DNA of 64,000 bases from Adineta vaga (Eukaryota > Animalia > Rotifera): positions 6,386,001 through 6,450,000 of the forward strand of contig CP075494.1 in the NCBI GenBank assembly GCA_021613535.1. The letters run 5' to 3'. The position numbers and the translations under genes were made by a program. Below are positions 25,084 to 39,238 of the stretch, in pieces. Every line of letters begins with the position of its first letter. Positions within the stretch are counted from its first letter, which is position 1. Under the pieces are notes generated by a model. That model was not told the origin of the DNA. It ran no database searches and was given only the letters and a program-made list of their open reading frames with translations.

Positions 25084-28000
25084 ATGACTGAACAAAATAC
25101 AGTAAAACTATTCAAACGTTTACCACAAACGATCGTTCCAATACATTATGAGTTAACGATTCAACCATTCCTCGATACATTTAAATTTAATGGAGATGTT
25201 ACCATTCATTTACAGGTTCGTTTTTTTGTTTCACCAATTTATACAAATTAAATAATGCTATTCTAGGTCAAGGAATCGACAGATACTGTGATATTATATG
25301 CAGCTGAATTACAAGTTCATCATGCAAAAATTGTATCAATTTCAAAAGGTATATTCAAATGTTTGTTGGATGTAAAGACATTTTACGATTTTTTAGATGA
25401 ATTGAAAGGTACAATTGAACTTGATGAGGAAAATGAACGGTTAAAAATAAGTTTTGATAAAAAATTAGAAGTAATTTATCTTTATTAATTGAAAATGAGA
25501 ATAAGATTGATTTTTCTTACTAGAATGGTGATCATCAATTATCATTGAAATTTACCGGTGAAATAAGTGATCGTATGGTTGGTTTTTATCGAAATAAATA
25601 TGCAACACCTGATGGTAAAGAAGTTCGTTATGGAGCTAGTACACAATTTGAAGTAATAGAAATTATGAGAGAAGATTATTTTGATTATTGATGAATGTTT
25701 TTTTAGCCAGCAGATTGTCGACGAGCATTTCCATGTTGGGATGAACCGAATTTTAAAGCAACATTTGATATTACATTGATTACACCAAAAAATCTTCAAG
25801 CAATTTCAAATATGGTTTGTATATTTTAACATGAACATCAAAATTCTTAAGATTGAGATTTGTGGGCTGAATTTCTTTTCATACTATGAGAAACACTCGT
25901 TTATCATCGAATATATTTGAATAGGTCGATGATATTTTGTATTTTTAGCCAATAAAATCTGAAAATGAATTTGCTGATAATAAAGATTGGAAAGTAACAA
26001 CATTTGATCGTACACCGATTATGAGTACATATCTTGTTGCTTATGTTGTTGGTGAATATGATTATGTTGAAACAAAAGATACCAATGGTGTTAGTATGCG
26101 AGTTTATACTCCAGTTGGCAAAAAAGAACATGGCAATTTTGCATTAGATATCGCTTCGAAAGTATTACCGTTCTATGCAGAATATTTTAATATTAAATAT
26201 CCAATTGCTAAAGCTGATCAAATCGCAATAGCAGATTTTGCTATGGGGTAAAAAATGATTGTTTGTTCGTTCGATTTAATTTAATTTGACTTTCTTTTTA
26301 GAGCAATGGAAAACTGGGGTGTAAGTTGATGTTTATTCTTTTCGTTTTATTCTATTGTTTGAGTTGGAAATGTAATCTAGTTGGTGACATATCGTGAAAC
26401 TGCGCTTTTGATTGATCCAAAACTTTCATCCATAGGTTCTCGACAACGTGTTGCTATTGTTGTTGCGCACGAACTTGCACATCAATGGTTTGGAAATCTA
26501 GTGGTATGTAATTTTTCTCTATTGAAGATTCAAAACTAAAATAAACATTATTTTTTAAATTTTGATCTTAGACTATGGATTGGTGGACGGATTTATGTAA
26601 GAAAAAGCAATGTAACTTTGCCTTGATCATTACGTATGTTTTATTTTAGGGCTCAATGAAGGATTTGCTTCATGGATTGAATACTTAGCAGTTGATAAAT
26701 GCTATCCGGAGTTTGATATTTGGACACAATTTGTTGCTGATACATTTGCACGATTTCTTATTCCTGATGCATTGAAATCTTCGCATCCAATTGAAGTACC
26801 AATTGGTACATATCTTTTTCTAATTTTTCATTATATTCATATAGTAAATATAATCTGTTTAGGTTGTCCTGCTGAAATTGATGAAATTTTCGATGATATT
26901 TCATATGCAAAAGGTTCTTCAGTAATTCGTATGTTACACGATTATATTGGTGATGATGCTTTCCGAAAAGGACTTCATAATTATTTAAAAGAATATAGTT
27001 ATAAAAATACAATTACAGTGAATCTTTGGTCACATTTAGCTAAAGCATCGAATAAACCAGTCGAAGAAGTTATGTCATCATGGACATTACAAATGGTTAG
27101 TAAAGATAAAAGTTATTTGTTTAACATATCATGTCTATATTTAATTGAGCTAAAGTTGAATTTACTGAGAATATCGATGCGTACTATTATTCTAACAGTT
27201 TTTTTAATGTCTATCGACTAATTTTATTCTATTGTTTAGGGTTATCCATTATTGACTGTAACTGAAGAGCAACAGTCGAATAAAACTCGTGTTCTTAAAT
27301 TAACCCAACAACGTTTCATTGCTGATGGTAGTGTTGATGATGAAAATCTCCAATGGAAAATTCCGATAACTATTTTCACAAAATCAAATCCAAATGCTAT
27401 TGTAAAACAAATTCTAATGGATAAACCTGAAGTTACTGTAGCATTAGAAAATGTTTCCGAAGATGATTGGATTAAATTAAATTATAATTCAATTGGACTT
27501 TATCGTGTTAAATATGAATCAAAAACATTAGCACGTCTCAATGAACCAATTGCTAATAAAACACTTAGTCCACAAGATCGACTCATCATTCAAAATGATG
27601 TTGCTGCTCTATGTAATGCTGGTCATCAATCATTTGTTGATTATTTGAAATTATTATTATCTTATAAAGATGAAGATAATTTTACTGTTTGGAAATCTAT
27701 TGGTAAAAACAAAACGATACTTGATCATTCACTCATATGGTTAATTGTTTGTTTTAGCATCGACAATTGGCGATCTATCATCTCTACTTGAATATACTAA
27801 TTATTTCGATCAATTCAAGAAATATCGTTTAAATCTTTTCTCATCCATACAAGATAAACTCGGCTGGAATGCGAAAGAAAATGAGAATCCATTAGTCTCT
27901 ATGTTACGTCCAATGATTTTAGGTTTAATGGGCAAATCAGGCGATCAAGCAGTGATTGATGAAGCAAAAAAATGTTTTAAGAAACATCTTGCTGGAGAAT

Positions 28001-28751
28001 TAATTGATCCAAATATTCGCGGAGCTGTCTATGGTTTAGTTTCACGTTATGGCGATGAAACTACCCAAGAAGAACTTCGAAATTTATATCAAGCAGCTGA
28101 TATGACTGAAGAAAAAGTTCGTTTACTTCGTTCAATGGGACAAACAGTTAATCCTGATACCATTGAAAAGGTTTTACGCTTCGTATTTGAAGGGGTATGG
28201 TTGGTTTTAAACAACTCATTCAGAAAAGCAGATGTTGAGTTCATAGTTTTGACTGATGAATTCTTGTCGGTCTTTTAGGCTAAAGTTTCATTCTATATTT
28301 GACTGAATTATTCATATTCGTACAATTCGCTGTTTTATTTATATTCTTCTGTAGGATAATGTCCGAATGCAAGATTCATATATGGGTCTTGCTGGTTGTT
28401 CAAGCAGTCGAGTTGGCCGTGAAATTGTTTGGAAATATTTACAAAATAATTGGAAGAAACTTGCTGAACGTTACGGTGAAAAGAGCGGTCTTCTTATTTC
28501 ATTTGTTGAAGTAATTAAGAACTTGATGGACTTCGTTGAACTTAATGATTTCCTTCTGTGTTTTTATTTAGTATCCTTTATCGGAATTTGTCGATGAAAA
28601 AATAGCAAGTGAAATCAAAGCATTCTTTGATTCTGTTAACACACCGATTGTTACACGAGCTATAAAACAAATTGTTGAAACAATCCATATGCGTGCAAAA
28701 GTCTTGGAACGTGATTCAAGCGCTATTGAAGAATATTTAACACAAGCATAA
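25084..28751 (+). CDS. NPEPPS: Puromycin-sensitive aminopeptidase (M1 family)
   Basis: N-terminal [48 protein letters not shown], zinc motif [13 protein letters not shown]...[22 protein letters not shown]1-like C-terminal domain. No signal peptide. Confidence 0.95.
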
Positions 28752-29529
28752 ATATAAAATAAAGCCACGATCTGCCCAATAACGTATTTCGATTATTGAC
28801 ATTTGCTTCTTTTTAACAAGTTTCAGTTTACTCATGAAAAATCAATAAAATCTAGAAAAACTCTGTTCAATGAGCAGTACATGTCATTTTCTCAAATATG
28901 AAACGATTACTTTTTCTTCTCTTTTCGAGTACTATTTGAAGAATAATACTTTGAATATGTCGGTACTAAAACGCAGCTAAACAGAATGTGTAATGATGTT
29001 TACCAATAATAATCATCTATTTGTATGTATATACTTAGCTACTCGAATAGAATGCTATCCACTTATCTTCAGTAGATGACATGTCAATTCAATATAATGA
29101 TAGAACTCAAATGATTGAACATTAGATTCTAGTTCAACCGAATGAATAGAATGTAATCTAATGAAGCAACTATATTAGTCTATTGATTCAAGCGACATCT
29201 ATTTACAAAATGTACTTCTCGTTTATTAACATCCAATCCTGTCTAATTCTTTCTTTACTCAATCTTGCTCTGTTATGTTTCAATACCATATCTATTATCG
29301 TTAATAAATAAAAGTTTAAATTTTTTTAAATTTAAACTCAACATAAAACAATGATATTCATGATTGTTCAAATTGACTTGTTAGAAAACGTACCACTTTC
29401 CTCATCGCACGTCATTATTGAATAGACTCATTTATAATTTATCTCTTTTTTCTTCTTCTTTGAATAGAGTTATCAAATAAGAAATAGGAAATATTTACGT
29501 TTTAATCATTTTCTAGATGCATAATATCG

Positions 29530-32500
29530 ATGACATCATCTAGTGATAACGATGATAGTACATCAACCGATTCTGATGATGAATCAGTTTTCTTTGATGC
29601 AAATAGCAGTCCAACAAATATCGATACACTCACGTAAATATCGATTAATAATCTACTTTTGAAGAGAAAACTTCTTCCTCATCTAAATAGATCTCTTCAA
29701 CAAGAACCTCGATGGCGAATATCATCAAAACAGGATACAAATAAAGCACCTGTACGTTTATTCGTGTATAAAAACGATATATTTTGACAAAACGTTTTTT
29801 TTTCTTCTTCTTTCAATTAGGAACATTTTTGTACTATATCATTAACAGAAAATCAATTGCATGACATACAGAGACGTGATAAACTTCAACGATTGCGAGG
29901 TGTTGACACTCGAAATAATTCTAATGTTACAGTAAAATCGACAACTGATTCGCCTACGGTTTTATCGACATCATCAGTAACAACTGATCAAGATTTGAGT
30001 AATGAAGATGCTTCAATAGCAACTGACGCTTCCATAGATTATACAACTAGTGAATATAATCGAAACAATTATAAGGTTAGTAGATCATATTAGTCGTTTG
30101 AAAAGAAATAAAATATAGTACAACACGCATTATAAATGACAATGATGTCTTTTTTTTTCATTCGTCTACATAAACAGTTTTCCCAAGGTAATAGTATATA
30201 GACAAATGTTTTCTGTCAAAACTTGCTCTGAATCGTTAATGAGCAAACATACGAATATTCTTTTTCCCATGTGTGATATATCTTTTATGATTATCACATA
30301 TGGTTGAAAGTTACTATTTGATACTTTATTCAAAGACTTTGTTTTGCAAGTGAGACCCTAATATATTGTCTGATGTTCAACCGTTTGTATCGAGTCGTTT
30401 GTGTTTGTTATTTTTTTTTCAAGAGAAAACATCAATCAAGTACTGATGGTGTACCATTTGTTATTTCAAGGTCGATTATAAGAATGTGATGAATTCTGAT
30501 TGGTTTGATACTTAATTGAAGTATTATTCTGTATAATAAAGATTTAGAACGTTAATTTTGATTCATTGTTCAATGCATAAAGAATAGATAAATCATCTAT
30601 ACTTTTTATACAGGATTCCAGGTCTTCCACAATTCAACAAACGTTGATAAGTTCTTCCATCACATCTAGTGATCAATCTTACACACCGTCTTCCTCATTA
30701 TCTGCAACCTCCGCTCGTGGTACTGGTGGATATTATTCGACTAGAAAGTCTCTATCAACAACCAATGAACTGAGTCCAATCGATTTAAATACTATCGATC
30801 ATATAACAAAATATGGTGAATTATCTCCTAATGGTCGAAAATTAAGTGATAATGAAATTCTTCAACAACTAATTGTACATAATCTTGATAATGGTAAATA
30901 CATTCCCTTAACTGATGCAAATCCAATGAATGAAACTATCATGGAACGTGTACGAGGAACGGAAAGTATCAAGATCTTACGCTCTAATTCATCGATAAAT
31001 AGTAACAATAGTTTAAGAAAAAAATCTATTGATAATATAAGAAAATCAACGATCAGTCTTCCACATAATATTCCTGATAATGAATCAACATCATCAGAAT
31101 CATCTAGTCAAACAGTAGCAAGATCAATTATTGATAGACAAGCATCAGCATCGAATCTACGACGAGAAACATCTATTCGAAAACAATTAACTAATTTAGT
31201 TATGCGAAATATTTTACGTAAAGGAAAACACAAAACAACTGATAATCATCATGATACAGGTGATGATGAAGAAGATGATACAGAACGTGCATTGATTAAT
31301 GATGGTTCAAATGGTGATTTGAAATATAAAGCATCCAGATATTTAAAAGAACAAACACAATTTGATAAAACACAATTATTACAAACAATTGTTAATGCAC
31401 ATAATGGACCTATATGGTGTATGAGGTATTTAACCTACGATCTTTTTCATTGAGATATAATAAGTTACTTTTCTTTTTTCTCAAAATTTCATTTAGATTT
31501 TCTCCTGATGGTAATCTTCTTGCAACAGGTGGACAAGATACACTACTGAAAGTTTGGGTTTTAAAATTAGCTCAACCGAATTTTAATGATTTTTCTCAAT
31601 TGACATCGAATGCTTCACAACAACAAAATGAAATTCTCACGAATCGATTTCATGACTTCCATCGAACAATTTCAACAGAACCAACAACATCTACAATAAA
31701 TACAAGACTTGGTCTAAATGAAACGCAAGCACCACTCTATACAAAACCATTTTGTGAACTTATTGGACATCAAGCACCAGTTCTTGATGTTGCATGGTCG
31801 AAATCTTTATTTCTTCTCTCATCATCAATGGATAAAACTGTTCGTCTATGGCATTTAAGTCGATTAGAATGTTTATGTTACTTTCGACATGTAGATTTTG
31901 TTTCAGCTATTGCCTTTCATCCACGAGACGATCGATTTTTTGTATCTGCAAGTTTAGATGGGTAAGAATTCATAATTATTTCGAAATAACATGCATTCTT
32001 CGGATGTTCTTTTTGTATACGAAAACGAGTATATTCAAAGAGACTATTGATATAAGCATACTCTATTCAACTGGACGGAAAAAGGAATAGACTAATGGTT
32101 TGCGATTAATCGGAACTCTTTATCATAACTCTTGCTCAATCTTAGTGCTTCGTGCCAAGCCGACTCGTTTCCTCTAGTTCTCTCTTTCTTTATTCAAAAT
32201 ATTCTACAACAGATTCGTACTCGGATTGACAGTATGAGAGATGCAAAGTTTTCGAACTGGAAATAGAACACAAATTATACTTGTAATACAATGTAAGAAA
32301 TCTCATTATCATGTCGCATATATGAAGTTCCGTTATTTTTACATCTGTGCGTTTCAGATAGTCTTAGAAAATATTGACACTTGATTTTGTTTTTAAATAA
32401 ACTATTTTTCAGACATGTTCGTCTTTGGAATATTCCGGACAAACGTGTTCTTCATTGGTCTTTAATTCCTGCTCAAGCTTCATCACAAATATCAGCGGCT

Positions 32501-33517
32501 CATGCAAATTTAATTACAGCAGTTAACTTTTGTGACGATGGTCGAAAAGTGACAGTTGGCACATTCGATGGCCGATTTTTAGTTTATAGTGATTCATTAG
32601 AATATGATGTAAGACTTTTCTTATTTATTTGATAATGTATTTTTTTTTTCTAACCAAAATGACATTCCTATACAGACTGTAATAAATATTAGCGATAAAG
32701 ATGGTAGTCGAAGTCATCGATCAAGAAAGAAACGACGAAAACCATGTAAAATCACGGGAATTGAATCGATGAATGCAAATAATTCAAAAGTATAGTCATC
32801 ATGATTTATATTATGTAAAGAATTAAATAATGTTTTTAACTAGGTTCTAATTACATCGAATGATTCTCGTATTCGTTTGTATAATATTCGATCGAAAGAA
32901 ATCGAACGAAAATATCGTGGTTATTCCAATCAATCAAGTCAAATTCGAGCATCCTTCAGTCATGATGATCAATATATAATCAGGTAGAAATAGAAAAGCT
33001 TTTCTTCTTACTTAATAAATAATGATAATAATAATAACTTTTAGTGGAAGTGAAGATAGTTGGTTTTATATCTGGAGAACTGAACCAGATATGAATGGTG
33101 ATAGTATATCTATAAATTCGAAATTAACAAGAAAACAACGACGATATTTTGATCGTTCTTATGAACGTATTCGAGGTGAAGAAAAAGTTTGAAATATTTA
33201 TTCAAAATTTATGCTAAATATTTATTATTTTAGTTCATAATACAATGGTAACATCAGCAATTTTTGCACCAAATCCTGCTGCAATTATGAAGTATATATA
33301 TTCTCCGAATGAACCATCACCTTCTCTCATTCGTTCACCAATTCCAATTCAAAGTCCAAGTATGCATCATAATCGTGGACGATTAAATTGTTTCTATCAT
33401 TCGATGAATTCACATGACGAATCAAGTGTAACAATTAATACGGGATCTATTTATGTCATGGTTACAGCCGATTCAAAAGGTCAATTGAAATTACTTGCGA
33501 ATCGTTATCATCGTTAA
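29530..33517 (+). CDS. WDR44: WD repeat-containing protein 44 (Rab11 effector)
   Basis: N-terminal acidic FFAT-like DDESVFFDANS, NLDNGKYIPL, AHNGPIWCMRFSPDGNLLATGGQD, LLSSSMDKTVRLWH...ECLCYFRHVDFVSAIAFHPRDDRFFVSASLDG, LITSNDSRIRLY, SQIRASFS. Confidence 0.9.
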
Positions 33518-35413
33518 ATCTGCTCATTATTTATGTGATAATTCATCTTTTGTTTTTATTTTGCTCATGGTATAAGGATTAATATTTAAACAGTGACAGA
33601 AATATAAAATTTTCAATAATTTAACAACAGTAGTTTTATTTGACAAATATAAATGGTGAACATGTCTTTCAAATTTGTTTTATTAATATGTATGTGTGTT
33701 TGTGTGTATGTTAATCTTTGATTAATTGAGTTTTTCTTTGTTTTGTTTATATCTTTAACAAAAGAAGAACCTTTCAATAGTTCGAATAAGAAAAAAGAAC
33801 GAAATAATTTCTTATTTTGTTTTTCTTTTCTTTTAGATTGATTTTTATCAAATGAAAATGACATATATATCTTTTCTTATTATTAACCTTTCTTTCAAAT
33901 GCTGACCTTCTCGATCGATATAATCGCCGATGGGCAAGTGTGCAGAGAATGATGCTTTATTCTAATAACGAACATTTCTTCTTTCTATCATCAACCATGT
34001 GCTCGACGTTTGATAGATTCGAGAAAAAACAAGAAGAAAAGAGACTATTTGTTTGGTAATGAGTTGAAAGAATAAGAAAAATGACATCGTGTGTTTCTAT
34101 GTGCGTGCATCAAAGTTAGAAGACAAACGTTGATGTGAATCTTTATTATTAGTATAGTATTGACTGTGTATCTAAAGAAAACGAGAACAGGATATCCGAG
34201 AGTTTTCCGCAAAAAAAGTGATGAATGTTTTGTTTTTATGTTCGAACGTCAAACATCTGTCAACTAATGAGTTTCGAAATATTTCATCGAAGTAATTACT
34301 AGTTCTAACTAGATTTTCTCTATTTACTTCAACAAATTAGAACCTTTCTTTTTCCCTCTAATATTATGTTATTAACGTTCGAATAGCTCTTTTTTTTACA
34401 CTATTTAGTTGTAACCCTATATTATTGACAATGACAATAGTTGGTCCCAGCTGACAATTTTATCTCAGATCTATTTGATACTATTAATATCAGTGATAAT
34501 GATTATTTTTTTATTGTTTTATCTACATAGGAATAGTATCGATTAACAAAAATCTTTGCTATGGGAATTTTTTTGGAAGATTCCTCCTATTAATTATTAT
34601 TATGTGTGTACAGATTTGTGTTAGAAAGATACTTGGTAATAATAACGAACAGTTATCTCTCCAGTCATTCAAATGACATCCAGAGGCGGTAGTAGATTTA
34701 ATTGTATACTCTATAGATGAATATGTTATCCTGACAAGCTGGAAGAACACAAAGAGAGAGAGAGAGAGAGAATATAAAGGAAAAATCGATGATTGCAATA
34801 GAGTGTTGCTATGTGTCAAAGGGGCACGAGATCTATGTGTGCGCTATCATCAATAACATCAGTTCTCTTCTTTTCTTTTCTCTTTCTCTCAGCTTTTTTT
34901 TGTTACTTGCTCGTTTTTCCGTCTATTTCATACAACGAGGTAGGGTAATGAGGAAAAGAAGAGCTATAACAACAGTAATATTGGTGGCGGTGCTAGATAA
35001 GTATCTATCATCAAATCATCATCACTAATATTTTTCCATAAACTAGCAATCGTGCAGAAGTTATTTTCCTTTACCATCGCTTTTCCTCGACTAGCAACAA
35101 TTCATTAAAGCTGCGTGTACATACATATCTATATGTATATATTGCGATTCTTTTTTCTTCTTCTTTTTCTTTTTCTTTTTATATCATAGACTAATTATGT
35201 ACATCAGCCTTATGATCTTTTTTTTCCTCACTCGAACTATGCCTCTATAATCCGACTCTCATAAATGAGGTCATATAACAACACATCTGTCTCCTATAGG
35301 AAGAAGATATCGAGGAATTTGTTATTTCGATAATGCCTTTAGATAAATACCAATCATAATTACAGTGTAAGCATCATCATGTCCAATAATTTCTTTTTCG
35401 TCGATCAACGCTA

Positions 35414-38337
35414 ATGAGTAACGAAAAAATCTTTTCATCAAATCAATCAAATGTTCGATTCTTATTCATTACGGCCAATACTGGTTCGATATTTGAGAAG
35501 GTAAAGAGATTATCATTTTGGATTAATCATTAGTCGCCTTCATTCTTTTTATCTTTAGCCTGAACTATTATCCACATGGATGAACGAATTGACAAACGTA
35601 AGTTAAATTAGCTAAGACGAAGAAAAGAACAAAACTATCAGTTATCGTTTTTGTTGACCAGCAGAATAATTAAATGAGAAAGTACGTTGTTGATTATCAC
35701 CACAATGACAATCACAGAAAACATTATAATTATTAGATTTGAAATTTTTTAACATTTTTTCGAATATACCCAAATCTGATGTCGACGTTAATCGACCTTG
35801 TGTGACTTTTTTCGCCTAGAAAAAGATACTAATACAATATCCCATCCGAAATCTTCTATTAAAATCTTTACCGAACAATCACATGAACAATCAATAAAAC
35901 AAGCACGAAATTTTTCTTCTTCACATAAGTCAGCTTCACGTTTGACGAGTTGATCTATTTTCTTATCATTTGCATGAAATATACAATCGTTTGTATCAGC
36001 AATTGTCGATGGCTGTTCATGAATAATACATTCATTTGCCGGAACTTTCGTATGCCCATCATTGTTTAGAAGATTTTTAATCTGTGTTGTTGCATTGTGA
36101 AAAGGATTAAAAATTTTTCCATTCATTGATATAGGAAATGAAAAGAGAAAAGAAAAGAATGAGCGCGAAGATAATCTTGATATTTTCTAGCTCTTACGAC
36201 GTCATCCATCCGATTTCGTGGCATTACATTGTCAAGAAGTTGGTGGAAAAGATTATGAAAAACATATGCATATGCTAGATCAATTCTTAACGTAAGTGGA
36301 TATTAACTTGGAATTCTTCTTCTTCTATTCTCAATTATTCAATAGAGCTCTACTACAAATAACAGAATTATCATCCGAATATACTCGTCATCGTTTATAT
36401 TTCGATTCAGAATACTCATCCCAGGAAACATTTACAGTAAAGAAATCATTTGATTTGTTATTCATTTCTTACAAGTTTTATAATAATAGGCTCTTGGTAG
36501 TGCATATTTTATTCGTCAAAATCTCTCTGTGCAACAATGGAATTTTGCAAGTAGGAAATTTTCGAATTTCGAAATTAAATCGTTTTCTTTTTCAAATTCT
36601 TCTAGCTTCAACATTTCAAAATGTTGTTAATTGTCAGATTTTTGCTGGTAATGTACGTAATGCTCAAACATTACGAAAAGAAAAATATCCTCGAGAATTT
36701 TTTCCCGAAGTAAATCTTATCATTTCGAAAAACTTTCTTCGATTAGAAATCGTTTTCTTTTTTTCTCTTAGGCAAAATGGTCAAGGAAAGGTTTTACTGA
36801 AACTCGCTGGTTAATCAATGGCTTGTAATTGATTTCAACGAATCTCTTCGACATTCATTTCTCTCTTTTCTTTCATAGTACATTTGACTTACTTAATGTA
36901 CATCTATTCCATGACGCATCCAATCTATTAGCAGCTGAACGTAGTCCATCAATCTATAGTAAATGTCGACGTAATGCTTTGCAATATACTTTACAAAAGT
37001 GTGAAACGAATTTCTTTTCTATACAAAAGAATTTATTTCTTGATTTGATTAGTTTACCACTTGATTCAAATGGTGAACATGTCCCATATGTTATATTTGG
37101 TGATTTTAATTTTCGACTTGATGCTCATCGTTTAGTTGAGGTAATTTCAATTTGAATAGTACAAAGAATTGAATATTGACTTGTTTTATTGTTAAATAGC
37201 ATATTGCAGAAAAACGACATGATTTAATTGATAAAATCAAAGAAAAAAATAGCGATGAAATTGCAAAAATTATCATTCGCAATGAAGATAATAGACCGAA
37301 ATTAACTATTGAAAAAAAAGAATTCAATCTTCATGAAAATCATGATTCATTCTTCAATACAAATATAAACCAGGTAAATTTTCTCTTATTGAATTCCAAT
37401 AGATTCTTACGAATGTTTCTGTCGTTCGCGAAGAAAATTAGTAATAGTTAATTAGTAATATTCATATTAAGTAAACATGTCCCTAGGCATCAGGTTGCAC
37501 AGCATGTGCTCTGACATATAACGGCCTTGTTGATCTAGGTCAAACAGACAGATAATCTTTTAATTACTAATCTTTTCATTCTAGGCTCATACGTTTGATT
37601 TTGAATCATCATCATTCAATGATCATCTATATGAATATGAAAAAACTTTTCCACCAAGGTATTTTTTATTCATTTTCTTCTATTTTTATGAATTTTGTTT
37701 TGTTTAGTTATCCATATAGTGAAGAACATCATGAAGCCCGGTCGTATTTACGTGCTCGTTGTCCAGCATGGTGTGATCGTATACTTCTTAGTCATTCATT
37801 TAAAAATTTTGTTGATATGAAGGTTCAATTTTCCTATCATATTTGTTTATTTTAAGTTTTTCAATCATCTTTTTCTAGGCGAATAAACCATCCTATGATA
37901 TTATTGGATATGATGTATGTGTGGGCGACCATAAGGTTAGTTAGAAAGATGATTGACTTGAGAATTTACTCGTCTTTTTTAATATTAATATCTAATTCTC
38001 TAGCCGGTCTATTTATCTTTAACCATTGGTATGGTACAAGGTTGGTTTTTGTCCCGATTAGTGTTATTTTCTTCCTTAGTTTTTCCTTTCGAATGAAAAA
38101 TTATGGGCTTATGAGTGCTACTATATTTATGTGCAAAGCATTAGTTTATTCATTGAATTTTTACATGAAATCATCTGTCACTGTTAGGAATAGAGAGATA
38201 CACAATATTCTTCATTTCATTGTAAGTAGAAAACGAATTTTATCCTTTAATCTGCTAATCAATCCTATTTATACAATTCTTCCTAACAGTGACAGATCAT
38301 TTTCGATGTCTTTGGTATATATTATCCTTCGTAGTTT

Positions 38338-38373
<36 letters not shown>

Positions 38374-39018
38374 ATGCTTTTGCATGTAATATTATAATAT
38401 TTATTCGTTGATATTGCTTTTGTATTCAAATGCTCGTTGCTTGTGCACACTATATGATTGAATGTCAGGGCTGTTTTTTTCAATTTTTCTCTTGTTCTAG
38501 AAAAATGTGATGATATTGAATGTTCTATCTAGTCGCATCTTGAGGGTAAATACAAAGCAATTCTTCCTATCGTTTATAACCCATGTAGATATACTTAACT
38601 TTCCAACTGTAAATATTCATTATCATAGTTCTAGTCAAACCCATATCACTTCTTCTCTCATTTTGTTTCGTGGGTGTGCTTTCATATTTTGTTCGTTGGA
38701 ATCATATTTTAAATAAGTTGGTTTTTTTTCTTCATTCGATTGATTTGTTTAGATAATTATGATGATATTCAACGATGGAAAAGTGTACCAATTTATTCAA
38801 ATTTAATATCTGAAACTCAATCCTCCAATAGAATGAAGAATAGATCTGAAGAAATAGAAATAAATTCAAAAAATATTCATGATTTAGTTCCAAATAAACT
38901 TCCTGTATTACCATCAATAGACAATAATGAGGAACATCGAACAGTACTCGCCCATCATTTATTTTATGCTAATATTAAACATACATTTATTCGATTTCTT
39001 CGCGAGACGCCGGTGTAA
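35414..39018 (+). CDS. INPP5A: Type I inositol-1,4,5-trisphosphate 5-phosphatase (3' exon choice uncertain)
   Basis: ITANTGSIFE, FVALHCQEVGGKDY, FTALGS, KWSRKGF, NVHLFHDASNL, IFGDFNFRLD, FPPSYPYSE, RCPAWCDRILLS, VGDHKPV. The phase-1 donor after LTI is in frame with exon 38753-39018, which ends RETPV*. Confidence 0.9.
35788..36126 (-). CDS. Hypothetical 112-aa Cys-containing protein nested antisense in an INPP5A intron
   Basis: Uninterrupted ATG-to-stop ORF with normal protein composition. It fills most of a roughly 590-nt intron, about 10x the typical intron size here. Confidence 0.5.
   Translation of the reverse strand: MNGKIFNPFHNATTQIKNLLNNDGHTKVPANECIIHEQPSTIADTNDCIFHANDKKIDQLVKREADLCEEEKFRACFIDCSCDCSVKILIEDFGWDIVLVSFSRRKKSHKVD
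38341..38370. repeat. (TA)15 microsatellite
   Basis: Perfect TA run. Confidence 0.95.
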
Positions 39019-39238
39019 TCTTTTCATCGTTTTCTTTTTCGTTTGTCTTTTCAATTCATTTTTCTTTTCATTTTGTATATATGCGAATCTCTATATGTTT
39101 TTTTTCTCTTCCTAGTCTACAAATCCTCATCAGCAGTGAATTTTTCTATCATTTTATTTGTTGTTTTGTTCGTTTCGTATTGTTTCGTGCATATCTATTT
39201 GCAGCAATATATTCACAGACAACGTGTCTGTATTTTAG

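Noticed and set aside
28195-28334. CTGATGA...CTGA in an enlarged NPEPPS intron (C/D snoRNA or hammerhead core)
   Set aside because: Imperfect C box, short spacing, no terminal stem or recognisable rRNA guide, and hammerhead stems with the GAAA core could not be built.
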